A stretch of DNA of 61,156 nt, the filler included, from Globobulimina sp. (lineage: Eukaryota), in assembly GCA_003354225.1 (NCBI GenBank). It is 20 parts of 20 records of this genome, joined end to end, with 100 filler letters (N's around TTAATTAATTAA, not from the genome) between each part and the next. Parts side by side here need not be neighbours in the genome. Positions count along the whole stretch, not along the records: positions 33,709 to 36,671 come from PIVH01004220.1; positions 36,772 to 39,734 come from PIVH01004221.1; positions 39,835 to 42,796 come from PIVH01004222.1; positions 42,897 to 45,857 come from PIVH01004223.1; positions 45,958 to 48,917 come from PIVH01004224.1; 15 more parts are not named here. The stretch is one strand, 5' to 3'. The translations under genes and the position numbers were made by a program. The notes beneath the pieces are model-generated. The model ran no database searches, was not told where the DNA came from, and saw nothing but the letters and a program-made list of their open reading frames with translations. This document shows, in pieces, positions 36,386 through 47,066 of the stretch (position 1 is its first letter; the number at the start of each line of letters is the position of its first letter).

Positions 36386-36771
36386 TGCGGATCGACATAT
36401 TTTTATGTTTGAAATATATAATTGTGCGTTTTTTCCTTTTTGCGAATTACTGATTGGGGCTATGTGTTTGTAATGTTCTATTGTTGTTTTCTTTTCTTTT
36501 TTATTCGGATTTCGCGTTTAAATAATTATTTTTAAGTAAAATATGGTTTGTGCAGGGACTTGTACAAAAAAGATTTTAAACGGCAAACATGTACAAAATT
36601 GTTTGATGTATTCATCGAGTGCAAGGATCCATAGTTAACATTTCGATCCTAATTTTTTCTATTATTCATGGNNNNNNNNNNNNNNNNNNNNNNNNNNNNN
36701 NNNNNNNNNNNNNNNTTAATTAATTAANNNNNNNNNNNNNNNNNNNNNNNNNNNNNNNNNNNNNNNNNNNN

Positions 36772-37162
36772 AAAGGGATATGCGTGGGTGAGTGTCCATT
36801 CAAACAACAGTTATCACCCGTCACATACACACGCGGATTCTATCATCTCAGGAGTGTATTATATCAGAGTTCCATCCGATAACTCACACCAGATTGCATT
36901 TCAAGACCCAAAGGGGACAAACTTGTACAATCCGGAATCAACCTATGATCTTAGACCACCTCCATTCGATAATGAATATTATTTTCAACCGTCACAAGGT
37001 GACCTCATTCTCTTTCCTTCGTGGTTGCCGCATAGAGTAGTTATGCCTCTGGAAAACAATGAAAAATCTAGTGATGATATAGATTTGTCAAGATTATCAT
37101 TAGCTTTCAATATTTTGGGCAGTTGGAAACATATAAATTGCGATAAACATATTGAAATTTAA
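36772..37162 (+). CDS. 2OG-Fe(II) oxygenase-like protein, TIGR02466-type (5' partial)
   Basis: 'HPSHTHADSIISGVYY', 'FQDP', 'GDLILFPSWLPHRV' and 'RLSLAFN'. Confidence 0.88.
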
Positions 37163-37200
37163 ACTGTTTACTGTTTTTATTTTTTTTTTATAAAACGCGC

Positions 37201-39132
37201 GTGTGTTTTTGTGCAAGGATTTGTTTAGAAAAGAAAGGAGGAAAAAAAAAGAGTTTCGAAGGTTTAATCTGGAAACGAGCCTTAGATTTCGCAGACTATT
37301 CGCATTTATTTGGTCCCGCGATTATGACTAGCGATGTCGAACAGGGCAAATTGGGGAATTGTGGGTTTGCTGCGTCTCTCATTGCCATCTCCATTTATCC
37401 TCAATTGATTAAGAAATTGTTTGTATTTCCCAACAATGCTTCCAATAACAGTTCGAATGGAAAGAGTGTGTCACCGATAGGATTGTATGAAATGAGATTG
37501 TGTCATAATGGCATTTGGTGTCAATATACGATCGACGATCTAATACCTTGTAACTATACAGGTTCAGCAGCGTTTACCTCGCACGAAAATAAGAATCTTT
37601 TATGGGTCTCTCTCGTTGAAAAATGTGCAGCGAAATCCTACGGAGGTTACGATCGTTTGATTGCATTTTGTAAATTGAATGCATTTAATGACTTAACGGG
37701 CTGTCCAGTGGAACAAATTGATTTTGATATATTTGACGCAGATTACAATGGGAATATATTATGGCAACACTTGATGGGTTGGAACGATAATCCGTACACT
37801 GTGATGACTTTGGCTGCCTCCAATGAGCGTAGTAAGAAATCAATTTCAGATTTAGGTATCACTGGAAATCATGCTTTCACATTTTTAAAGGCCGTGCAAG
37901 TCGAAAATATCCGTTTGATACAAGTTCGAAATCCATGGGGAAAGTGTTCAGCTGATATCAGAGATCGATGGAAGGGACAATATTCGCGCTATAATAATAA
38001 CGGTGAATGGACGCAAATATTAAAAGAAATCGTGCAGCCAGGCTTGGAGCACAATGATGGCAGCTTTTGGATGCAATTAAGTGACTTTATGCAATATTTC
38101 CGGGCAGCGAGTTTGTGCCATTTGTTGGTTTTGGATGAAACGTATAAAATATTAAGAATGAATACGAAGATAATTTATGATTATGATAAGGAGAATAATT
38201 GTGAGGATATATTGTATCCCAAATTAATATTAGATTTGACAGCAAATGGTAATGGTGCAATGGACTTAGAATGGCTTGGTGTGCAACAAGAAAATTTAAG
38301 GAGTCAATATGCGATACATCACGAATATTTGGATTGTTGTTTGTTGATTGGACAGTTATTATATCCAAACGATGCAAATAAATGTTTGTCAGATAACCCG
38401 GCTTATATTCAACCATTAAGAATTACAGAATGTAGAAAATCAAAATCAGAGTTCGAGAAAATATTCGCTGACTTGACACCCGGACAAAAATATGTATTAA
38501 TACCATATTCGACGGGGATCACATTTCATAAAAACTTTAAAACATTAAAACAACATCAAAAACGTAATGTGAATATTTCATTGTTTATTAAAAATAAAAA
38601 CGGTATCAATATACAAGAGACTGGAAGCATAAAATTAGAATATCAAAAATCGTTAAATATTGCTAAAATTAAGCCAATTTTAACTCATTTTGTCGAAGTG
38701 TTAGGTACAAAAAAACAAAGCGGAGAATTGGAATATATACAGGCTACATTTGGTACTTTAACGTTTTCAGGGATTAGACATACAAAATATGATAAAATTA
38801 TGCGTGGAACATTCTCGTTTGATTTAACAAATACTTTGCCAGCAATTGGATTTGACCAAGGATTTATATTAAAAAATAATATTTGTCGACAAATTGAATA
38901 TGAATATGAACATAAACAAAGTGAAAGACGATGGAAATGGGTGTTTACTTGCGATGAATTAAAATGTATGGAAACTAATTTATTTGTCATTGGACAATAT
39001 GAAAGATTTAAGAAACAACAATGGAGATTCACTCCGGAAATATTCTTCAGTTCTTTAGAAAAGGATCAATTTCAGCCATATAACAATAACAATAATAATA
39101 ATTACAACGATTGGTTTAGATTTAATATGTAA
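37201..39132 (+). CDS. Calpain-family cysteine protease (CysPc domain), start uncertain
   Basis: Catalytic triad intact: 'QGKLGNC', 'GNHAFT' and 'RNPWG'; also 'LWVSLVEKCAAKSYGGY' and 'DGSFWM'. Confidence 0.92.
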   Translation: MCFCARICLEKKGGKKKSFEGLIWKRALDFADYSHLFGPAIMTSDVEQGKLGNCGFAASLIAISIYPQLIKKLFVFPNNASNNSSNGKSVSPIGLYEMRLCHNGIWCQYTIDDLIPCNYTGSAAFTSHENKNLLWVSLVEKCAAKSYGGYDRLIAFCKLNAFNDLTGCPVEQIDFDIFDADYNGNILWQHLMGWNDNPYTVMTLAASNERSKKSISDLGITGNHAFTFLKAVQVENIRLIQVRNPWGKCSADIRDRWKGQYSRYNNNGEWTQILKEIVQPGLEHNDGSFWMQLSDFMQYFRAASLCHLLVLDETYKILRMNTKIIYDYDKENNCEDILYPKLILDLTANGNGAMDLEWLGVQQENLRSQYAIHHEYLDCCLLIGQLLYPNDANKCLSDNPAYIQPLRITECRKSKSEFEKIFADLTPGQKYVLIPYSTGITFHKNFKTLKQHQKRNVNISLFIKNKNGINIQETGSIKLEYQKSLNIAKIKPILTHFVEVLGTKKQSGELEYIQATFGTLTFSGIRHTKYDKIMRGTFSFDLTNTLPAIGFDQGFILKNNICRQIEYEYEHKQSERRWKWVFTCDELKCMETNLFVIGQYERFKKQQWRFTPEIFFSSLEKDQFQPYNNNNNNNYNDWFRFNM

Positions 39133-39308
39133 CCAATTTGTTGTTTGTCTTTGCGTTAGAACTTAGAATAGCATAACAAAAACACACCAGGGGAAATCAA
39201 CGAAAACTGAACATTATTTTCCGTGTAAGATATGCAGTTTCTGTTATGAAAAAATAATAATTCAATTTAATTGCATATAAAACAAATAACAAGAAAAAAA
39301 ATGATAAT

Positions 39309-39734
39309 TTAACCAAACAGACAGTTGATACGGGTCAATGGACCCCTCCAAACTTTGTCACACAAATCTCTGTGTAATATCCATGCAATTTTCTGACATT
39401 TCCTGCTGCAGTAAAGGGCCCTCATACAATCAGAACATGCCTTCATTTTAGCTTTTGTTTTCCCACAATTATGACATTTGCTTTTTCTTCTTTTTTTGGC
39501 AAATTTCCGTTTCAGTTTTGGATATGTTTGCTGCACAAATGATGGATACATATAACCATTTGATAATATATATGCTGAGTTCCACACTTTGTTTCCTATC
39601 AAATATAATTTGTTTTTATAACAAAAAACAGCCAATCCGCGTAAACATAACACACGAACATATGTTAAGGTAGAATATTGAAAACATGCAGTATAATTAT
39701 CTATAATTTGACTATAATTTGACAAATTTGTTTG
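39309..39734 (-). CDS. MYND zinc-finger protein, C-terminal part (5' partial)
   Basis: 'CHNCGK..KACSDCMRALYCSRKCQKIAWILHRDLC' is a full MYND consensus. Confidence 0.9.
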   Translation of the reverse strand, partial: QTNLSNYSQIIDNYTACFQYSTLTYVRVLCLRGLAVFCYKNKLYLIGNKVWNSAYILSNGYMYPSFVQQTYPKLKRKFAKKRRKSKCHNCGKTKAKMKACSDCMRALYCSRKCQKIAWILHRDLCDKVWRGPLTRINCLFG

Positions 39735-40201
39735 NNNNNNNNNNNNNNNNNNNNNNNNNNNNNNNNNNNNNNNNNNNNTTAATTAATTAANNNNNNNNNN
39801 NNNNNNNNNNNNNNNNNNNNNNNNNNNNNNNNNNAGATAAAAAAAGGCGGCTTTTTATTACAAAATAACGGCAATATGGATGATAGGATCGTCCTACAAA
39901 TATGACATTGACATTGTTTGGTTACAAATATGAGTGGATATACTGTTGTTTGGAGTTTTTGTGATTGTTAATGTTTGTATATTGGCTATATTTTACAATG
40001 TATCACCTAAAATATGAAATTGATTTATAATCTTTTTTTTCTATAATCTATTAATTTATACAATAGCTTATTTATTTTTTTTTTATAAAAACTAAGTCAA
40101 ACATATATTCCATGAATTAAATATTTTAGTTTACAAACACAACGTGATATGTTTGATCCGCTGCTTTTAACATACATTTCCTTAACATTCAACTAATTCT
40201 A

Positions 40202-41335
40202 CTATTTCGCAACAGCAATACATCTGTGATCATTGGCAACAATCTTTGTAATAAACTCATCCTTAAACGCCTTCACTTGCTTCGCTTCTTTAAAAGGCTG
40301 CGTCGAGCCATGCCCCAATGGAAATATATCCGATTTCATCCCAAAGGTCTTATTGCACGTAAACAGCTCCCCCTTATCCGTCAAGAAGCACATGATCGAC
40401 GCCGTGATGTCCACTTTGACAATTTTCCCCTTCGGTATGTTATCCTTATCGATGAACCTCTCCTCATTAATCACATGCGGCTCCAAAAACACTCGTTCCC
40501 CCCAATAATAGCACACGCCCTTCTTATCCACGCACAGCACGTCCGACTGCGACAAACCAATATCGACCACATCCTCACACTCGCCGATCGCAATCGGTAT
40601 GGTGTCGCAAGAGTACATATCCATCGCCAAGCCGCCGCCCTGTCCCATCTGGCCCCGATCATTGCGGCCCCATCCATACAAAATCCCGTCCGATGCCGTC
40701 AATCCAAAGGAATATTCCTTGGCCGCCACCACTTTCCGCATAGCTATGTTGTTGAAAAACGTCAGCAACGCCGGCTTCTTGCAATTGGAGGTATGCCCCG
40801 TGCCCAGCCGGCCATGTTCGCCTTCTCCAAATGAATAAATCTCGCCAGAGCCGCCGATGCATAATGTATGCTTATCCCCGCACGAAACCTGCACGATATC
40901 CGACAATGACTGCACCTGTTTGGGCACATTCAGACTGTCCTTGTTGCCGTGGCCCAGGCCGCCGCACGCAAACAACTTATTGCCGCCCCACCCAAAAGTG
41001 TAGACATGGCCCAGTGCGTCCACGCACGCCGTATGCCGGCCGCCGCACGAAATGGACGCTATGTTGGACAGCGAGGCTATTTTGGTGGGCGTGTTGACCG
41101 TGGCATTGTTGCCAAAGACCCGCTTGAAGGGCACGTGCTTGATCTGCTCGTCTAGGCCCAACTCGCCGTAATGGGAGGTGCCGAACATGTAAACATCGCC
41201 TTTGCCGGTCACGATGCCGGCCTGTGTGCTGCCTAAAGAGATGTCTCTGTAGCCGCTGCCGTCGATGTCGGGCAGTTCTATGGGCGATGAGCTGTCCTTG
41301 TCGTCCGCGCCTAGGCCCAATGAGGAGCCTTGCAT
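40202..41335 (-). CDS. RCC1-repeat beta-propeller protein
   Basis: 'ISCGGRHT', 'VYTFGW..GLGHG', 'VSCGDKHT' and 'FGEGEHGRLG'. The start may be truncated, since RCC1-like sequence begins just upstream of the ATG. Confidence 0.88.
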   Translation of the reverse strand: MQGSSLGLGADDKDSSSPIELPDIDGSGYRDISLGSTQAGIVTGKGDVYMFGTSHYGELGLDEQIKHVPFKRVFGNNATVNTPTKIASLSNIASISCGGRHTACVDALGHVYTFGWGGNKLFACGGLGHGNKDSLNVPKQVQSLSDIVQVSCGDKHTLCIGGSGEIYSFGEGEHGRLGTGHTSNCKKPALLTFFNNIAMRKVVAAKEYSFGLTASDGILYGWGRNDRGQMGQGGGLAMDMYSCDTIPIAIGECEDVVDIGLSQSDVLCVDKKGVCYYWGERVFLEPHVINEERFIDKDNIPKGKIVKVDITASIMCFLTDKGELFTCNKTFGMKSDIFPLGHGSTQPFKEAKQVKAFKDEFITKIVANDHRCIAVAK

Positions 41336-41373
41336 CTGGCCCCAAATGTACAGCTTGGTGCCGAGGATGTTGT

Positions 41374-42036
41374 TTTACGCATTTATTTTGTTTGTCTTGT
41401 CGGTCAAATATGAAATAATATCCTCATACACTGATTTTTTCGCCAACACGTTATCCGATTTTGTCACCGGTGCTAATTGTTGGATGTCGCCGGCCATACA
41501 CAAATGGCGTAAATCTTTGCCTTGGATTATGCCTAAAAATTGTTGGATTCGTCACATAGCCTCGTTTTTAGACTGCATCAGCTTCCGCAGTTTGGGGTAT
41601 TCTTTGCCTTTCAGTTCGCGTATAAAATTGCTGGGTCTCTGCCACATCCGATTTGCCTTTGGAATTGAAGATCGTTTTGTTTTTGCTATTCTCGCGCTTG
41701 TTTTTCAGGCCCTTTTCTCGGTTGTTGTGGTCATCGAACTCATCCAATTAATTCGTAAGTGTTTAGACCTTTTAATTTGGCAATGCGATTCCGGAAATCT
41801 TCGTAGTTTTCAATCATAAAACGCGGATTTAATTTGCTGTTGTAATAATTATTCAATTTGACACCGATCACATCATTGTAATATTTGTTCATTGTGGCTC
41901 GGTATTTATTGGCAAATTCATTGCGAGACTCAATCACTGCGCATTTATTGTCATTATCGGTTTGGGTTTTTGATGTTTCATTGAATCGATTGTCCAAAAT
42001 TGATTTGTGTTTGTTTTTATTTTAATCGGTCGCCAT
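41374..42036 (-). pseudogene. Disrupted fragment with a UPF1-like SF1 helicase motif III
   Basis: 'LRHLCMAGDIQQLAPVTKSDNVLAKKSVYE' (~41430-41510) resembles GD..QL.P...SlfE. In-frame stops (MATD*, EAM*RIQ) and frame changes break the region. Confidence 0.55.
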
Positions 42037-42896
42037 CGGATTTGGTTTTAAACCTTTTTTAGAAATAATTCCACGATGTCAGCGATTCCAGGCAAATTCT
42101 GAAGACATTTTGATAAATCCGGCGCTATTTATAAATATATATCACTGCAGACATTAAGACTTTGTAACAAGATGAATTGAACAGAGTCAACAGACTGGAA
42201 AAAAAAACTCTCTTCTAATCTGACTGACTATTTCAAAAACATTTAAATGATTTGGATTATACAAACCATTAAATTCGATCGATAAGCAAATAATAACGAG
42301 CGGCACATGCATGAATTCTTTATTTAAAAATAGCTGATTGTGCGAATTGAATCCACTGTATATTTTGTTATAATGCAAAAAAAGCAGTTAATATAAATTT
42401 GCTTTTGTTTTGAAACACACGCTGAAATAGACCAAATAGCACCAAATGTCCCACAAAAAGCACCCTTTAACTACATCCACAACATAGGCAGCGCTTGGCC
42501 GTAAATAATGCTGAACCTATTTTAGGAGCTGACCAATGGACGTATTGGATCGCGACAGATGGGTCAACAACGTTGCTTCCTCTATAGCGGCACTTTTTGT
42601 GTTTATTGTCTCCAAAATCCAAATATCCATGGCAAACATTTGAGAGGAAAAAAAAAAAGTAAAGTTTTTGTTTTACCAAGAAGTTTTTTGTTGTATTTAA
42701 TATCGGATCTTTGTCGTGTTCAAAAATTCAATCTTCAACGCTGGATTGTTTGGATTTAATTGCATGTTTATACTAATTGTCAAAATCATTGTCGCTNNNN
42801 NNNNNNNNNNNNNNNNNNNNNNNNNNNNNNNNNNNNNNNNTTAATTAATTAANNNNNNNNNNNNNNNNNNNNNNNNNNNNNNNNNNNNNNNNNNNN

Positions 42897-43108
42897 ATTA
42901 AACCACCAAATTGGATGAATGCATGCAATGGTTCACTATTTTTGTTTAACATTTGTGTTAATTTTGGGTACATTTTATCCGGTGATTGGATCAGTTTCGC
43001 CCAGAAATCTTTTAAATTAAATTGGTTTTTTTGTAATTGCACCTTCTTTTTATGTTGAGATACAATGAAAATCTTTCGTTTATTATTTTCAATATTTTGT
43101 AATTCCAT
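42897..43108 (-). CDS. Hypothetical protein (3' partial)
   Basis: ATG-initiated frame open to the contig end; no motif recognised. Confidence 0.35.
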
Positions 43109-43282
43109 TTTTGTTTTGCTGTATGAATATCAATATCCTTGCGCACAATCAATCAATTTGTGTTTACCATGACGAATGCTCGCGGATATTGATAGAATAA
43201 GTAAAAATGTTTTTGAGTTTGAAGTGAGACGGCAATAAAATCTTTTAAATGGCAAAGATGTAAAATCTCACACACAAAACAC

Positions 43283-44530
43283 TTAGTATTGCTCATCATT
43301 TTCATTTATTTCTTGCGATTCCGGGATAGCATTTTTTTTGGCTCTCGATAAAGTTCCGCTGTGATATATTTTCCCTTTATTATTATTTGCGGATATTATC
43401 GACTGTTTTTTCTTATTATGTTGCATTTGCAGCTGTTTTTTATAAATCTTTGCGTGTTGTTCTTGTTTCTTTGCATAGGCCATCCAATCCTTTATTTTTT
43501 TTTTCAACTCTTGCAACTGCGCCGCATGAATATTTCTCAATTTTTCCTTGTCATTTTCCCATTTATTTTTCTCTTTATTTATCTTTTTATTGATTATATT
43601 TTGAATGTTTTCATTCTTCTCAATATCGGTCATGTTTATGTTTATAGTGTCGTTGTCTTTATTTTCTTTCACTTTTTTGCCTCGATTTGGATTGGTTTTA
43701 TTATATAAATCATCCAATGTTTGTCGTAGTCCTTGTACTTTATGCGAGATTTCATGCTGATATTCGTGAATTAATTCCTTTTCGTTTTTTAACTGCAATT
43801 GTAATATTTTAATGGTTTGACATAACTGCTGATTATTTTCAATTAACTGTTGCTTGGATTGTCTCTCATCGCTATCGATATTATTATCATGGTCGGGGTT
43901 AAAAAAAATATCATTTAATACTATATTTCGTTTGTTTATATTGATTGATTTATCATCGTTGGCCAATTTTGCTTTCATATTCACACTCTTTCGAACATCG
44001 CATTGCTCCAAATATCTTTGGTGCGTATATCATATTTATTGAGTGCAAGGATATATATCTCAGTAATGTCGACATCTTAACTCATTTATTTTGGATTTGT
44101 GTTGCTCGGAATTGGACTTATCATTTATGATTATATTACGTTCTGTGGATACAATGAGTTTTTTATGTGAATATGATATAATTCGTTGCATTTGTTCCCG
44201 TAAATCTGTATAGATTTCATCATTTATTTTCGAACTGTTTTGGTTGAGATTGTATCCGTTTTGGAGTAATATATTTTTGATGGACTTATTATATGCTAAT
44301 TTATCACGGATTTCTTCAAAACGTTTGGAATGCTTAGAGATTAATAATAAAATAGCTTTGTTTGCTTGTGGGTGACCAGTTAATCCGAGACATTGAGTGA
44401 AACAATCGGCTGCTTCTTGATGTTTATACATTGCTTTTCTCCAACTTCGTGATGATTCGAATGAATCTGCTTCTGACGCACATCTGTGTCCTCTGCGCAA
44501 TGGAGGTTCTTCAACATCCATAACATCCAT
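43283..44530 (-). CDS. NRBF2/Atg38-like MIT-domain plus coiled-coil protein
   Basis: 'PPLRRGHRCASEAD..AMYKHQEAADCF..TGHPQANKAILL..H' resembles the NRBF2 MIT domain. Intron 44016-44081 joins it to a coiled-coil exon. Confidence 0.7.
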
Positions 44531-44582
44531 GTTTAAAGTTTAGGATTGTTTTTGTAAAAAACTTTTGAGTGACAAAAATTGC

Positions 44583-45800
44583 CTATTTTTGCGGAGCAAC
44601 AAGATAAAATGAATCAAGTTCATCATACATAAGTTGCCGAATTTCCGCATTTTCTTTTACTTTTTCCAAACTGGAGAAATCAAACAAAGAAATCTCAAAT
44701 TTTTTCTTTCCCCATCTATGATTATGAAACTCCTTCAACCATTCATGACTCATTGCCTTTGTTCCACTGATTCGTTGATTTGGATTCAATGCCAACAATG
44801 ATCCTATAAACTCACAGCCCAATTCACTGCAACCTGTTAATATTGCATTTAAAGTCAAACCCTGAGGTTCTCTCTCTGTTAACCTGGCTATCAAAAGTTT
44901 AGCAGCTGCAGTTTTTATCCATGACACATCTTTTGGTATCCCAAGCAAATCAAACATTTTCGCTAATCTTACGCTTCGAAGATGATTTCCAAAAAAAGCT
45001 GCCTTTCTAACATACAATTCTGCAGCAACCAGACCAACACCCCATTGATCAATTTTTTCGTCAATAATTAAATCTGACCCAATTAACATAAATTCCGGAG
45101 CTTCATATGCTGTCTGACTCTGATAATACTGATATTCATTCCAGTCATTTGCAGAGCAGTCTGGTTGGGTATTAATGCAAACTGCATCCATCAAACCTGT
45201 TATCCGCACATGACAATCAGCTGCATTTATTAAAATATGTTCAGGCCGTATAGCCCCATGAACTGCCCCACATTTATGAACATAATCTAATCCTCTCAAG
45301 ATTTGATATATCATATATTGGATATGACGTTGAGTTAATATTTGTTTTGATCGGATGAGTTTGCAGAAATTGACCATCCGAGGCATAACAATAAATATAT
45401 CATCAAACGTGTTTTTGTTATGTGATTCTGGAGGAATAACATCAATCAATCGCATGATATTTGGATGCTTGAAGTGAATCAATAATTTTATCTCTTTTAA
45501 TATTTGTTTGGAGATTTTAGAATTATGAAATAAATGATAATATTTTTTTAATGCATATTTTTTCCCAGATTCCTTGTGTTTAACTTCAAGGGTGGTGCTA
45601 TAAGCACCTTTGCAGAGTATTTTAGTTGGTTGTAAATACTCAAATATTTTGAATACATGGTTTTTTAAATTGCATTTGGTAGTTTTAATTGGAACAAACC
45701 ATAATAAACATAATTTGCTAATTTCAGTGGGTACATAATATGGATTAGATTCCAAACGAATATAACCGTTCACCAATAGTTCTTGTGTTGAAGTGGTCAT
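44583..45800 (-). CDS. MAPK-like pseudokinase
   Basis: MAPK-like 'KGAYS', 'ALKK', 'LKEIKLLIHFKHPNI' and 'YQILRGLDYVH'. HRD is replaced by HGA, DFG by TGL, and there is no TxY motif. Confidence 0.85.
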   Translation of the reverse strand: MTTSTQELLVNGYIRLESNPYYVPTEISKLCLLWFVPIKTTKCNLKNHVFKIFEYLQPTKILCKGAYSTTLEVKHKESGKKYALKKYYHLFHNSKISKQILKEIKLLIHFKHPNIMRLIDVIPPESHNKNTFDDIFIVMPRMVNFCKLIRSKQILTQRHIQYMIYQILRGLDYVHKCGAVHGAIRPEHILINAADCHVRITGLMDAVCINTQPDCSANDWNEYQYYQSQTAYEAPEFMLIGSDLIIDEKIDQWGVGLVAAELYVRKAAFFGNHLRSVRLAKMFDLLGIPKDVSWIKTAAAKLLIARLTEREPQGLTLNAILTGCSELGCEFIGSLLALNPNQRISGTKAMSHEWLKEFHNHRWGKKKFEISLFDFSSLEKVKENAEIRQLMYDELDSFYLVAPQK

Positions 45801-46072
45801 TCATACACTGTCAAGTACATAAAAAAGAAAACTTTAAATGTTTGTTTCGTTTGTAAANNNNNNNNNNNNNNNNNNNNNNNNNNNNNNNNNNNNNNNNNNN
45901 NTTAATTAATTAANNNNNNNNNNNNNNNNNNNNNNNNNNNNNNNNNNNNNNNNNNNNGGATGTATGTCGGAGTTATCAAAGTATCAAACTGCAAGGCTGA
46001 ACCACAAAAACTTAATTTATTCATGCATTTTCCTGACTGACTGACTGTAAAAGGCACAGATTAAACAATAAT

Positions 46073-46872
46073 TTATTCATTTTCATGAGTCTGGCGCTGA
46101 CTATCTTGCTTCCTTCGTTTTAATTGCAAAAGCTTCCGTTGTTGATGTTGTAGTTTTGTTTGTTTTGCGAACTCCAATGATCTTTGATGTGCGGTTTTAT
46201 GCAATTTAAATCCAAATACACGCGGAATATAATGCAGAGCTTCTTTGACAGGCTTTAACTGCGGATACACCAAAAAGAATAAATGAGGGAATGTTGTACC
46301 AAAAAATGCACCGTCAATTTTGTTATGATATTCTGATTTTGGTCGATATATTTGATCACATTTAGGACAATACAGCTTCACCGTTGATTTATTTTTTTCG
46401 TTTGAAATACCAACAGGTAAAACAGGTTGCAAATTGCAATGATATCTGGGACAACATCCAAATTCTTTATGTTGGTATTTGTTACACATTGAACGCAAGC
46501 CACGCGATGATAATATAAACCGTGAATGAATTAAACCGTACAATGTGTTTGCATCATTTGCTATAAGTTTCTGTTCTTTGTCAGAATATTCATACTGTTC
46601 GTGTAATTCATCCAATATTAAATGCAACGCAGGCTGATAATTAGATATTTTATCTTCTAATTCTTGCAAATTGAACTGTTCAAAATTCAAATTGATTCAT
46701 AATTAATTGTGTTTTATTTCAATGTATTAATTACATCTCAATTAACTTTATCTCGAACGTACTGATCGTCGACTTGGCAGAAAAATTCATTGCCTTTTGC
46801 AGATAGAAAATATGCGATCCATGCATAGTCATCAGAACTTGATGAGGATGAGGACTCGTCTTCATTTTCCAT
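46073..46872 (-). CDS. CSNK2B: Casein kinase II regulatory subunit beta
   Basis: 'WIAYF..GNEFFCQVD', 'LYGLIHSRFI', 'FGCCPRYHC', 'VKLYCPKC', 'IDGAFFGTTFPHLF' and 'PRVFGFK'; intron 46676-46746. Confidence 0.97.
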
Positions 46873-47066
46873 TTAAAGAGGAAGTTTCGATAATTAAGTG
46901 AAAACTCAGAACGCGAATAGCGATGATTTGGCAGTGCAAATAATTTAAATTATTACGACAATAACATAAACAAACAAGGAATTTAAACGTGATTGAAACA
47001 AACATTAAATTTCTTATACTCGAAATACGTTTATTGTTCTATAATAATTATATCTTTATATAAATA

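Noticed and set aside
41374-42036. Stop-codon reassignment suggested by in-frame TAA/TGA
   Set aside because: Other genes end normally at TAA, TAG or TGA and have no internal stops once introns are removed. This region also has frameshifts, so decay is the simpler explanation.
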